Positions 20,282-31,234 of a stretch of 64,000 nucleotides of DNA are shown here, piece after piece. Position 1 is the stretch's first letter. Every line of letters begins with the position of its first letter. A program made the position numbers and the translations under genes. Below the pieces are notes generated by a model, which saw nothing but the letters and a program-made list of their open reading frames with translations, was not told the origin of the DNA and did no database searches. The DNA comes from Vulcanimicrobiota bacterium (GTDB lineage Bacteria > Vulcanimicrobiota > Vulcanimicrobiia > Vulcanimicrobiales > Vulcanimicrobiaceae): contig CAWCIZ010000003.1 of the NCBI GenBank assembly GCA_963795855.1, positions 992,001 to 1,056,000 of the forward strand. The letters run 5' to 3'.

Positions 20282-20941
20282 CTAAACGCTATACGTGATG
20301 TTGTAGTCGCCCTGTATGGCGTTGCGGCCCTCGAACGACCAGGCCCAACCCTTGCCGTACTTCGTCGCATCGACGCGGTGATAACTCGCTTTCGAGACGT
20401 ATGCCGGAGTGCCGGGTATCGTCGAAAAAATCGAGTCGCGCAGCGTCGTCGCGGTGCCGTCCGGTCCGTGATACGGCGACATGGATGCGCTGATGTACGT
20501 ACCGGCCTTGAGTTCGCCCGCGCCTCCACGCACTTCGTGCGCGATCGGAACGCGTTCGAGTGCGACGATCTCGCCGACCAACTGCGCGAGGTCCGCGAGC
20601 GGGCCGCCGAGTTTGCCGGTATACGCATCCGTCAACGCCTGCACTTGCTGATCGGTCGCCTTGTCGTCGACGAGCACGATAACTTTCCAGCTTTTCGGCG
20701 TGAGCACGTTGCCGGGAATTTTGCTCAGAAAAATCATCGAGAGACCGCTGACGTCGACGCCCGCGATCTCGCCGCGATCGAAGTGATAGGCGACGAACGC
20801 ATCGCACGTGCCGTTGTCCGGGTTTTCACCTATCCAACACGGACAAAGGACGTCGCACGAGCACGCCTCGAGAAGCGTGCCTTGGAGAGTGTAAATGGAC
20901 GACTTTACCTGTTCCCGGCCGCCGGGCTGTACTGTTGCCAT
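20282..20941 (-). CDS. DUF1326 domain protein
   Basis: LEACSCDVLCPCW, GTCDA, VDDKATDQQ; adjacent to DUF2182. Confidence 0.88.
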   Translation of the reverse strand: MATVQPGGREQVKSSIYTLQGTLLEACSCDVLCPCWIGENPDNGTCDAFVAYHFDRGEIAGVDVSGLSMIFLSKIPGNVLTPKSWKVIVLVDDKATDQQVQALTDAYTGKLGGPLADLAQLVGEIVALERVPIAHEVRGGAGELKAGTYISASMSPYHGPDGTATTLRDSIFSTIPGTPAYVSKASYHRVDATKYGKGWAWSFEGRNAIQGDYNITYSV

Positions 20942-21104
20942 GGCATAATCCCCTTCAGAGTATTAACCGAGGCCAACAGTATACTGCCGTACCGGGGCGG
21001 CGGTAACGTCTGAAAGTCCCCATATGCGGCGCGGTGGCCGAACGTAAGAAGTGGAGCTTTTGCTCGTCCGCGAAGTCTGCCGACACGGCGCCGGCTAGCA
21101 GTGG

Positions 21105-21656
21105 TTATCGCGCTGATGCGAGCACATCGAGCATGGAATAGATTGCACCCACGTGCGGAACGGAATCGATGGTGCCGGTGCGCAGCATCGCCCGAACCTC
21201 TTCCAAAGTCGCCAGTTCGACGGCAATGTTTTCCGTGACGTCGAGGTGCTGCTCGCGCGTTTTTGACGCATCGCGCGCGAAAAACAGATGTGCGACGGTA
21301 TCTGCGTTCGTGGGGTCCGTGACGAACGAGCGCACGAACTCCACGCGCTCGGCGGTGTAGCCGGTTTCCTCGGCGAGCTCGCGCACGGCCGTTTCGTGCG
21401 GAGCTTCGCCTTCGTCGATCGCTCCGGCCACGAGTTCGAGCAGCACCTTTCGGACACCGTGTTTGTACTGACGCACGAGCACGACGCGGCGATCGGGCGT
21501 CAGCGCGAACACGATCACGTAACCGCGGCTCTCGCGCACGAAGTAGTCGTCGATGACGGTTCCATCCGGCAGTTTGATCCGGTCGCGCCGTATTCGCAGA
21601 TATGGGCTGTCGATGACGTAAGAGGAAGCCGTGACCTGCCAACCAGGATCGTCCAT
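21105..21656 (-). CDS. NUDIX hydrolase (ADP-ribose pyrophosphatase-like)
   Basis: Nudix box GAIDEGEAPHETAVRELAEETG; LVRQYK. Confidence 0.9.
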   Translation of the reverse strand: MDDPGWQVTASSYVIDSPYLRIRRDRIKLPDGTVIDDYFVRESRGYVIVFALTPDRRVVLVRQYKHGVRKVLLELVAGAIDEGEAPHETAVRELAEETGYTAERVEFVRSFVTDPTNADTVAHLFFARDASKTREQHLDVTENIAVELATLEEVRAMLRTGTIDSVPHVGAIYSMLDVLASAR

Positions 21657-21721
21657 CGCCGCGCCACGTTCGCACGGCGCGCGGCGGGTCCCCGCTTCAA
21701 CGTCGCGTAATGAGGCCCGCG

Positions 21722-23324
21722 ATGAGCAAAATCGTCGTCATCGGAGGCGGCACGATGGGTGCCGGGATCGCGTTCGTCGCGGCGGCAGCCGGCTTCGACG
21801 TCGACCTCGTCGAACCGGACGTCCCCGCCGCGGACCGCGCCAAGCAGCGCATCGCGCGCGATGCCGAACGCGCCAAACTGCCGGACGCGGCGGCGCGCGT
21901 GCAACTGTACTCCACGCTCCAAAGCGGCTCCCAAGCCGATGCGGTCATAGAAGCGGTGCCGGAACGGCTCGATCTCAAGCGCGAGATCTTCGCTCAGATG
22001 GCGCGCACATTCGACGCCGGTACGCTCTTCGCGACCAATACGTCCTCGCTTTCGGTCGGCGAGATCGCGGAAAGGGTTCCGAACCCGGAGCGCGTGGCGG
22101 GTCTGCATTTCTTCAATCCGCCCGCGGCTATGAAATTGGTGGAGATCGTCCGCGCCGAATGCACGAGCGACGAAACGCTCGAACGCGCGCGAGCGATCGT
22201 CGAGCGCTTCGGAAAAACGGCCGTCTTGACTACGGATTCACCGGGGTTCATCGTGAATCGCGTCGCGCGGCCGTTCTATTTGCAGGCAATGCGTGCTTAC
22301 GCCGCAGGCGTCGCTCCTTTGGACGATCTCGATCGGCTTGCGCGCGGCGCCGGCTTTCGCATGGGGCCGTTCGAGTTGATGGACCTGATCGGAATGGACG
22401 TGAATCTGGCCACCACGGAATCCGTCTACGAGCGCACGGGCGCGGAGCGGTTCGAACCGCTGGCGCTGCAGCGTCAATTGGTCGCGCAGAACCGGCTCGG
22501 AAGAAAAACCGGAGCCGGGTTCTACGATTACGCGCAAGGCGTGCCGCAGCACGACGATGCGGTGCCGGTACCGTCCGCGGAAATGGATAGCGACGAACGA
22601 ATCGTCATCATCGGCTACGCGGGGCTAGCCGTCGAAATGCACGACCGCCTCGCAAAACAGTACGCGAGCGTAGATCTGTGGGAAGACGAAGAGACGCTCG
22701 ACGAGATTTCGCGCGACGCCACCGTCGTTTTCGACGTAGGCGACGGCGCTTCCGATCGCGGTGAGACGATCAAGATGCTCGACGGCGAACTGCCGCCTGA
22801 AACGGTTCTGTTCGCCGACGCGTACGCCACCGATCTTCGAAGCCTCGCGACGCGTTTGGAACATCCGGAACGCGTCGTCGGTTACGGCATTCTCGCGTCG
22901 CTGGAGAATCAGCGTATGGTCGAAATCGTCGACGCCGACGAAACCTCGGACGATGCGCTCGAACTCGCTCAGGAGCTCGTTCGAAAGCATCGGATGCGCC
23001 GTCGTTTTAGTCGAAAACCATGCGGGGCTGTTTCTTGGCCGAACCGTGGGCTCGATCGTGAACGAGGCGGTGTGCGTCGTGCAGAATGAAATCGCAACTC
23101 CGGAAGACGTCGATCTCGCGATGCGGCTCGGAACGAACTATCCGCGCGGCCCGATCGAATGGGGGCGAGAGATCGGCGGCGACCGCGTGCGCCGCATCCT
23201 GCAACGAGTGGCGGCGGAAGATGGCAGTGCGTTCGAGCCGAGCCGCGCGTTGTGGGTTCTCGACGTGCAGCCGCAAGAGGAAACGGCGGAAGAGAACGAC
23301 GCGTATCCGGGTTTGAGGCTTTAG
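21722..23324 (+). CDS. paaH: 3-hydroxyacyl-CoA dehydrogenase, PaaH-like (frameshift near 22980)
   Basis: GGGTMGAG, EAVPE, ATNTSSL, GLHFFNP, GFIVNR, duplicated C-domain with MRLGTNYPRGP. Confidence 0.85.
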
Positions 23325-24509
23325 GTGGAGAGAGAAGTTTGGGTCGTCGATGCGGTGCGTACGCCGATCGGACGGTACGGCGGCGCGCTTGCCGGCGTGC
23401 GTCCCGACGATTTGGCGGCCGCCGTTTTGCGCGCGCTCGTCGAACGCACGGGCGCCGACGCTTCACGCATCGACGACGTGCTGCTCGGTGCGGCAAATCA
23501 GAGCGGCGAAGACAATCGCAACGTCGCGCGCATGGCGGCGCTGCTCGCCGGTTTTCCCGTCGAGGTTCCCGGAACGACCCTCAACCGGTTGTGCGGCAGC
23601 AGTTTGCAGGCGATCAATTCCGCCGCACACGCGATCGCGTGGGGCGATGGCGAGGTGATGATCGCGGGCGGCGTGGAATCGATGACGCGCGCGCCCTTCG
23701 TGCAACTCAAAGCGGAGCGGCCCTACGAACGTCCACCGCAGCTTTTCGACACGACGATCGGCTGGCGCATGATCAACCCGCGTATGAAAGAACTCTACCC
23801 GCCGATATCGCTCGGCGAGACCGCCGAGAAGGTCGCGGCGCAGTACGGCATATCGCGCGTAGAGCAAGATCGGTTCGCGCTCGAATCGCAAAGGCGGACC
23901 AAAGCGGCGACGGCGCGGCACGCGTTCGATGATGAGATCGTTCCCGTGGGAGACGTGCGCGTCGACGAACATCCGCGTCCGGATACGACGCTCGATGCGC
24001 TTGCGAAGCTCAAGCCTGCGTTCAAGAAAGACGGAACCGTCACCGCCGGAAACTCTTCCGGAATCAACGACGGCGCCTCGGCGCTGCTGCTCTGCGAAGC
24101 CGGCGCGGCCAAGCGCCTCGGTTTGCGGCCGATGGCGCGCGTCGTCGCGTCAGGGGTAGCGGGCGTGCACCCCGACGTGATGGGCCTTGGCCCTATACCG
24201 GCAAGCCGCAAGGCGCTCGAACGCGCGGGCCTGAGCATGCGCGACGTCGACCTCGTGGAGATCAACGAAGCGTTCGCGGCTCAGTCCATCGCGTGCATGC
24301 GCGACCTGGAAATCGACGGCGCAAAGGCGAACGTCAACGGGGGCGCAATCGCACTCGGGCATCCGCTCGGCGCGAGCGGAGCGCGGATCGCGACGACGCT
24401 GCTGCACGAGATGCGCCGCAGGCGCGCGCGTTACGGTTTGGCGACGATGTGCATCGGCGTCGGACAAGGCATCACGACGATTTTCGAAAGGCTGGAAAGC
24501 GGAGAATGA
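23325..24509 (+). CDS. paaJ: Thiolase, 3-oxoadipyl-CoA (PaaJ/PcaF) type
   Basis: [41 protein letters not shown]. Confidence 0.88.
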   Translation: MEREVWVVDAVRTPIGRYGGALAGVRPDDLAAAVLRALVERTGADASRIDDVLLGAANQSGEDNRNVARMAALLAGFPVEVPGTTLNRLCGSSLQAINSAAHAIAWGDGEVMIAGGVESMTRAPFVQLKAERPYERPPQLFDTTIGWRMINPRMKELYPPISLGETAEKVAAQYGISRVEQDRFALESQRRTKAATARHAFDDEIVPVGDVRVDEHPRPDTTLDALAKLKPAFKKDGTVTAGNSSGINDGASALLLCEAGAAKRLGLRPMARVVASGVAGVHPDVMGLGPIPASRKALERAGLSMRDVDLVEINEAFAAQSIACMRDLEIDGAKANVNGGAIALGHPLGASGARIATTLLHEMRRRRARYGLATMCIGVGQGITTIFERLESGE

Positions 24510-25999
24510 CCGCCACTGCACCGAGCATCAAAACCCAACTCCTGATCGGCAAGGAGTGGCTCGACGCGCAAAGCGGCGGCACGTATGCCGACGTGAATCC
24601 GGCAACCGGCGCGGTTCTCGCCGACGTCGCGAATGCGGACGCCGCCGACGTCGATCGCGCGGTGAAGGCGGCCCGCGCGGCATTCGAGCGCGGCAAATGG
24701 GCGACCATGGCTGCATCGCGCCGCGCGAAAATCATTTACAAGATGGCGCAGCTCATCGCCGAGCGCGCGAACGACTTGGCGCTGCTCGAAGTTCGAGACA
24801 ACGGAAAAACGATCGGCACGGCGAAGGGCGAACTCGGCGCAATCGTCGACTGCTTTGAATTTTACGCCGGTGCTGCCACGAAAAATTACGGAAGCACGTT
24901 GCCCGCACCGATGCCGGGATACCTTGCGTACACGGTGCGCGAACCGGTCGGCGTCGTCGGCGCGATCGTTCCGTGGAATTTCCCGCTGCTGCTCGCGTCC
25001 TGGAAGGTGGCGCCCGCCTTGGCCGCGGGGTGCGCCGTCGTGCTCAAACCCGCGCCGTCCACGCCGCTTACGGCAATCGAACTGGGCAAGATTGCGCTCG
25101 AGGCGGGATTACCCGAAGGCGTTCTCAACGTGCTCACCGGTTCCACCACGAACCTGGGCCAAGCGATCGTCGAGCACCCCGGCATCGACAAGATCGCGTT
25201 TACCGGAAGTACGGCAACCGGCAAGCGCGTTGCCGCGACGGCCGCGCAAACGGTCAAGCGCGTAACGCTGGAACTGGGCGGCAAGTCGCCTTCGATCGTA
25301 TTCGACGATGCCGATCTGACGCAAGCGGTGAACGGCGCGTTGTACGGTATTTTCTACAACGCCGGGCAAACGTGCGAAGCGCGCTCGCGCGTGCTGGTGG
25401 ACGAGCGAATCGCGGACGAATTCATCGCGCAATTTCGCGACAAGGCGCTCAAGCTGCGAATCGGCAACCCGGAAGATCCGCAGACGCAAATCGGCGCAAT
25501 AACGATGCGGGAGCAGTTCGAAAAGATTCGATCGTACTGCGAGATCGGTGCCTCTGAAGGTGCGACCAAACTTTTCGGCGGCGAGCCCGCGCAGCTTACG
25601 AGCGATTTCGTGCGCGGCTGGTTTTGGAATGCGACGGCATTCGAAGCGCAGGCCGGCCATCGCATCGCGCGCGAAGAGATCTTCGGCCCGGTAGCCGCGT
25701 TCGTGCGGTTCAAGGATGAAGCGCATGCCGTCGCGCTCGCGAACGACTCGGAGTACGGATTATCCGCCAGCGTTTGGTCGCAGAACGTCGGCCGTGTGAA
25801 TCGCGTGGCGGCAGCGCTTCGCAGCGGCACGGTCGCGATCAACACGCCGTACGCCGTTTTCCCCGGCGTACCGTTCGGAGGGTATAAACAATCCGGTTAC
25901 GGGCGCGAACTGGGGTACGAGACTGTAGCGCTCTACTCGGAAACGAAAAGCGTGTTGACGTACGTGGGCGAAAAACCCATCAATCCATTTGGAGCTTGA
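24506..25999 (+). CDS. NAD(P)-dependent aldehyde dehydrogenase
   Basis: [31 protein letters not shown]-coupled to the thiolase. Confidence 0.92.
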   Translation: MTATAPSIKTQLLIGKEWLDAQSGGTYADVNPATGAVLADVANADAADVDRAVKAARAAFERGKWATMAASRRAKIIYKMAQLIAERANDLALLEVRDNGKTIGTAKGELGAIVDCFEFYAGAATKNYGSTLPAPMPGYLAYTVREPVGVVGAIVPWNFPLLLASWKVAPALAAGCAVVLKPAPSTPLTAIELGKIALEAGLPEGVLNVLTGSTTNLGQAIVEHPGIDKIAFTGSTATGKRVAATAAQTVKRVTLELGGKSPSIVFDDADLTQAVNGALYGIFYNAGQTCEARSRVLVDERIADEFIAQFRDKALKLRIGNPEDPQTQIGAITMREQFEKIRSYCEIGASEGATKLFGGEPAQLTSDFVRGWFWNATAFEAQAGHRIAREEIFGPVAAFVRFKDEAHAVALANDSEYGLSASVWSQNVGRVNRVAAALRSGTVAINTPYAVFPGVPFGGYKQSGYGRELGYETVALYSETKSVLTYVGEKPINPFGA

Positions 26000-26332
26000 G
26001 CCATCGAAGCGCTGAAAATCGGGGAACGTTACCAGACGACGTATGGGACGCTGTGGAAGGACGGCACGTACTTTCCTCGCGGTACGAGCGTGCTGGTCGT
26101 CGGGCTTCATCTCGAAGAAGGCTTTTGCGTTCGTTTCCCGGCGGAAGTCGAGGGCGAGTCGTTGGAGACGTGGGAAGATTGGGGCGAGTGTGATTTCCTC
26201 GCGGAGGTGGGGAGCATCGAAGAAATCGCGCCGGTTTCACAAGCGATGCTCGCGGAGGCACGCGAGGTTCTTCGCGATGCGGAAGACGGCTGTCACCTGC
26301 ACTTGCACGAGGGCGACGAGCCGCAGAGTTAG
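25996..26332 (+). CDS. Small acidic hypothetical protein (probable indel near start)
   Basis: Open frame from 26000 (IEALKIGERYQTTYGTLWKDG...EGDEPQS); a TTG overlaps the ALDH stop. Confidence 0.55.
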
Positions 26333-26434
26333 CGATACTATCCACAAGGTGAGCGCGCGCGCGCGGAAAATTGTGACGGCGGCAGCGGTGCTACGATCCG
26401 CGGCCGCTTCTTCGTTTTTTGAAAAGGATTGTTT

Positions 26435-29120
26435 ATGAAGGTACGGGCTTTGGTTTTTGCGGCGATGGCGGCCGTGCTGGCAATGCCGTCGCTCGCGCGC
26501 GCCGCCGACAACGCAGGCACCATCGCCGGAAGCGTGCACAACACGTCCGGCGCGCCGATCGCCGACGCAAACGTCATAGCGAGCGGAGCGGTCACTCAGC
26601 GCACCTCGACCGATTCCTCAGGCAAGTTCGCGTTGACGCTTCCGGCCGGATTCTACCGAATCGACGTGAGCAAAGGCGGCTACCTCGCAGCCACCGAGAC
26701 GGATCTCACCTTACTCGCGGGCGCGACGCTGCCGGTCGACATCACGCTGCAGCAAGCGGACCTCGCTTCGCTCAAGACGATTGCGCGCGTGACCAGCTCC
26801 CGCTCGCAGCTCGATCAACACCGGAGCCGCAGCAATCGCGATTGCCGGACGTCAAGAGTTCGCAAATCTTGCGTCCCCGCAGATCAACGACGTCGTCGAA
26901 CGTATTCCCGGTGCGGACATCGAGAAAGGCTCCAGTTCGCCGAACACGAGCTTCACCGTGGCCGGCACGCAGGGCTATGAAACGCAAGTATTGATCGAGG
27001 GCCATCCCGTTTCGATCGGACGCTACGGCGTCTGGTTTTCTCAGTTCTTCAACTCGTTCATGGTAGGTAATGTCGAGGCGCAGCTCGGCCCCGGCAACAC
27101 CACGCCGTTCGCGGGCACCGCGGTCGGCGGCACGATCAACATCACGACGCCCGCGTATACGAAGAACGGCGCCTATCATTTGGTGACCGGCGAAGATTCG
27201 CTCGCCGGCAGCTACACCAACGCGCTGTACAGCGGCAGCAGCGGTAAACTTTCGTACATGGCGGGGCTGGGAACGGCCGGCGTGAACACGCCGTATACCG
27301 GCACGTACGGTTGCGTTTTGGATGCGACGAACAAAAAGACGTGGAACACCGCGGGCGCGCAAGGCGTCGTCTCGTTCTGCGGCGACCTGGGCGGCGGGCA
27401 GTTCAACAAGGCGGAACTGCTCAAAGCGAAATGGGACTTCTCGCCGAGCACCTCGTTCGAATTCGGCTTTATGGGATCGCAGGCCGGATACAATCCGCAG
27501 GGCAGTGCGTACGGGTTGCTCGCGCCCAATACGACGGTTGCCAACTGCATCACGGTCGGCAGCGGCGCATCCGTGCACCAAGAATGCACGAATCCCGCGT
27601 ACGCCGGCATGGCAGGACAGAAAATCAACGGTCTGTTTTTCTATCCCGGATCGGCGGTATCGAACAACATGCCGCTCTTCACCGCGCAGTTGCGCACCGC
27701 CCTCGGCAACAATACGCTGCTGGTTCGACCGTACGGCGGATCGATCACGCGCATCATCGACGGCTCGGGCGAAGCGGACTACGGCATCTGGTGGTATCCG
27801 AAGTCGGATCCGAACGCCGCGAACGCGTGCTCGAACGCGAGCTTCGGCAAACCGATCGTCACGCCGGGTACGGGTATGAACGTCTGTCAAGACACGCCGT
27901 ACACGACGGTGGAAACGGACAAGCTGCGCGGCGCGACGCTGTCGTTCATCCATCCGATGGGCTTGGATCAGCTCACGTTCAACTACGACTACCACAGCGA
28001 TGAAACGTACGCGATCGCCGGCAATCCGAATCAGGCGGGGGGCTTACCGCCCGCCGTTCCCGACACGATGGAGAAGTACAACTCGCTTTCGCTCACGGGC
28101 GATTTCGCGCTGACCGAACGCTTGACGCTCAAAGCCGGCGCGTATCAAAACTGGTGGTATCTGAACGGCTGGGCGCCGACGCTGAACGGTGCGAAGGGAA
28201 CGATCGTTCCGTTCACTCGTACCGTCGGTTCGTTCGATCCGCACGTTGCGCTCACGTATCAACCGCATGGCGGCGAATCGATTCGTTTGGCGCTCGGCAC
28301 GTCGACGACGTTCCCGTACGCCGGTATCGTCAGCGGTACGGCGTACACGACGCCCGGCGCAACCGGTACCGTCGCGCTTAACGGTAAAAATCCGCTGCTC
28401 TCGCCTGAGAAAGCGTACGAAGCGGATCTCGGTTTCGACAAGCGCCTTTGGGACGGCAGCATCGTGAGCCTCGATCTCATCGACACGCAGGTGCACAACG
28501 TGTTCGAGAACTCCTCGATCGCTGTCACCGGCGAGCCGTACAGCGTCATCTATCAACCGCTCAACGCAGCGAATCTTTCCAGCGAATTGGCGATGCTGAC
28601 GTGGCGGCGCGAGCCGCTCGCCGGTTGGGGTTACCGGCTTTCGGTAACCGCAGATCGCTCCGTTCCGAGCGGCATTCCGATCCCCGCATCGCAGAAGAGC
28701 TATTCGATTCCCTCAAACGGCGTGCAGCAGTGCAGCGACGGCGGAAGCGCCGTGTGCATCCCGTATCTCAAAGGATATGCGGCGCTCGAATATACCTTTA
28801 ACGATCGGACGTTCGCGCACATCGGCGTGAACTACCAAGGCAAGAACAACACGTACTTCCAGCCGCCGTTCGCGATCTGGGACGCCACGCTGCGTCGCCC
28901 GATTCCCAACACGCCGCTAAGCGTCCAGGCGTCGGTGTACAATTTGTTCGACACCAACACGTTCGGCGGTCTCGTGACGCCGAACGCCGGAACGCCGCTC
29001 GTGGGCGAGAACGGCACCGGGCAGTACGGCACGTACACGCAGTCGGTACCATTCCCGCTGCTTCCGGTGCAGCCGCGCACGCTGCGCGTGCAGCTCGACT
29101 ACAACGTCGGGGGCCGGTAA
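26435..29120 (+). CDS. TonB-dependent receptor with N-terminal carboxypeptidase-regulatory-like domain (frameshift near 26800)
   Basis: Signal peptide, GTIAGSV, plug region ERIPG/ETQVLIEGHP, NPLLSPEKA, VYNLFD, PRTLRVQLDY. Confidence 0.85.
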
Positions 29121-29158
29121 GGCATACCATCACTCCCGAGACCGTACCACCGAGCGCG

Positions 29159-30001
29159 TTATTCCCGCGCGGCGCGGAAGAAGTGTTCCGCTTTATTCGA
29201 AACGAGCGAGTAGTATTCGCGGAACAGCGCGGCCGCGACCGTCCCAGGCCAATGCGCGGGCAACAGCGTGCTCGGTAAACCGGGATCGATGTACGTGAAT
29301 TTGCGGTAATCGTGGACAAGCCACATGCGCTCCACGAAGGCCTCGTCATCGCGTAGCGTGCGCCGCGCGCGCTCCTCATGCAGGCGCGGTTCGTAGCGCC
29401 CGATGAACTCGCGGTACTGCTCGGCAATTGCCGGCAGATTCCAGCAGCGTTCGAGCAGTTCGCGGTCGGTGTGCGGGCCGCGATACTCGCCGACGAACAG
29501 ATCGACGGTGTCGAGCACCTGATTCGCTTCCGCCGCGCCGCGCGCGGCTTCGAGCGCGTCATTGGGCGAGACCCACGTGGACGCCGACAGCGGCGCCCAG
29601 CCGAGCACGAGCAAATCTTTGCGCAGGCCGTCACGCCCCTCGCGCCGGCTCTCGGCGACCGAGTACGTGAGCATTCGCCACCGGCCGTCCCACTCGACGA
29701 CCGGACCGTAGATCCGCGGACTGATTGCCTCGACGCGCCGACGGCCTCGGTCGGTGAGGCAGTAATAGGAGCGATTTCCGCGTTTGTCGGCGATAAGCCA
29801 GCCTTGCCGGGACATGCGAGAAACCGCCTGTCGCACGGCGGCCTCGGAGATTCCGAACTCCCCCATAAGGCGAATCAGACCCCCGACCCAAAGCTCGCCT
29901 TTGGCCGTCGGATCGCGGTGGACGAAGTCCCCGAACAACGTATAAATGAACGAATTGGGGCGCGTTACCGCGCGCTGCTCAGGAGCGAGCGCCACCTTCA
30001 C
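29159..30001 (-). CDS. paaX: PaaX family transcriptional regulator
   Basis: SFIYTLFGD, AVRQAVSRM, WDGRW, YIDPGLPSTLLPAHWPG. Confidence 0.92.
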   Translation of the reverse strand: MKVALAPEQRAVTRPNSFIYTLFGDFVHRDPTAKGELWVGGLIRLMGEFGISEAAVRQAVSRMSRQGWLIADKRGNRSYYCLTDRGRRRVEAISPRIYGPVVEWDGRWRMLTYSVAESRREGRDGLRKDLLVLGWAPLSASTWVSPNDALEAARGAAEANQVLDTVDLFVGEYRGPHTDRELLERCWNLPAIAEQYREFIGRYEPRLHEERARRTLRDDEAFVERMWLVHDYRKFTYIDPGLPSTLLPAHWPGTVAAALFREYYSLVSNKAEHFFRAARE

Positions 30002-30007
30002 GTCTCC

Positions 30008-30071
30008 TTGACACGCGCATCCGGGAACGATAATATGACACTATTCTCACGGTACGGTGATTTTCCGTCAT
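30008..30071 (+). promoter_or_regulatory. Sigma70-type promoter of the boxB-like operon with overlapping inverted repeat
   Basis: TTGACA-N17-TAATAT (30008-30036); ATGAC-N27-GTCAT (30035-30071). Confidence 0.6.
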
Positions 30072-30104
30072 GGAACCAAGCGGCCCATGACAAGAGGAGT
30101 TTCC

Positions 30105-31232
30105 ATGGCGCGCATTTCCACCTTCGACGACTGGATCGACCTGCTCCAGGAATGGCAGAAGGACATCGGGCTGAACCAGGAGCTTATCGATCGCTTTATG
30201 CCCGGCTACCAGTTCGAAGCGAAGTACGGCGAACTTACCGGGCGTGAAATCTCGTTCGGCGACTTCAAGGGCGAGCGCCGCTGGGAGAAGATTCTCGAGA
30301 TTCCCGATCAGCGTATGCGCGACGCACTGCTGAACATGATCGTGTATCAGGGAGACACCGAATTCGCCTCCAACGAGCAGCAGCGTTTTCTCGTCAACAA
30401 CGCTCCCAGCGAATACGATCTGGCTTCGCTGGTGCGGATTATGGTGGAAGAAACCCGTCACGGCTATCAGATGTGCCATCTGCTCGTGAACAACTTCGGC
30501 CACGACGGCAAAATCGAAGCGCAGAAGATGCTCGAACGCCGGGCCTTCGGCAAGAAGAACCGCCTGCTCAACGCGTTCAACGACGACGTTACGCATTGGC
30601 TCGACTTTTTCGCCTACACGAATTTCATGGACCGCGACGGAAAGTTTCAGCTGACGATGCTTTCGCATTCCGGGTTTGCTCCGCTCGCGCAATCGATGGG
30701 CCCGATGCTGCGCGAAGAATCGTACCACATGGGCACCGGCATCTCGGGACTGCGCCGCATCGCGCAGGCGAACGTCATTCCGGTCGAACTGCAGCAGAAA
30801 TACTACAACAAATGGATCTCCGGTTCGCTGGATCTTTTCGGCACCGACCATTCCGGGTCTGCGCAATGGGCTTATACCTGGGGCATCAAAGGCCGCGTCG
30901 ACGAGGACAAAGCCGGCGAAACCGTCGACAAAGAACGTTTGAACGAGCGCGCTCGCGGCCAGTTCTACGAAGAGTGCGAGAAGACGATCGAGCGCGTGAA
31001 CGCGGTCAACGCCTCGGAAACGAAGTTGTACATGCCGGACATCCGGTTCAATCGCAAGATCGGCGCGTACGCCGGCCAGTACTGGAGCGTCGACGGCCGC
31101 GAGTTGACCAAAGAGCAGTGGGACGCGTACGTTCAGAACGTTTTGCCTACCGCTCAAGACGACGAGCAACTCAAAGCGTATTTCAAAGATCCCTCGTGGA
31201 TCGCACCAAAAGGTAAAAGTGAGGCAGCGTAG
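30105..31232 (+). CDS. BoxB-like aryl-CoA epoxidase diiron subunit (short form)
   Basis: QGDTEFASNEQQR, VEETRH, MDRDGKFQL, REESYH, SLDLFG; GAGGAG RBS. Confidence 0.85.
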   Translation: MARISTFDDWIDLLQEWQKDIGLNQELIDRFMPGYQFEAKYGELTGREISFGDFKGERRWEKILEIPDQRMRDALLNMIVYQGDTEFASNEQQRFLVNNAPSEYDLASLVRIMVEETRHGYQMCHLLVNNFGHDGKIEAQKMLERRAFGKKNRLLNAFNDDVTHWLDFFAYTNFMDRDGKFQLTMLSHSGFAPLAQSMGPMLREESYHMGTGISGLRRIAQANVIPVELQQKYYNKWISGSLDLFGTDHSGSAQWAYTWGIKGRVDEDKAGETVDKERLNERARGQFYEECEKTIERVNAVNASETKLYMPDIRFNRKIGAYAGQYWSVDGRELTKEQWDAYVQNVLPTAQDDEQLKAYFKDPSWIAPKGKSEAA

Positions 31233-31234
31233 CC

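Noticed and set aside
20945..21104. Possible riboswitch upstream of DUF1326
   Set aside because: No recognisable aptamer motifs; only a short CAGTATACTG palindrome that doubles as a -10-like element.
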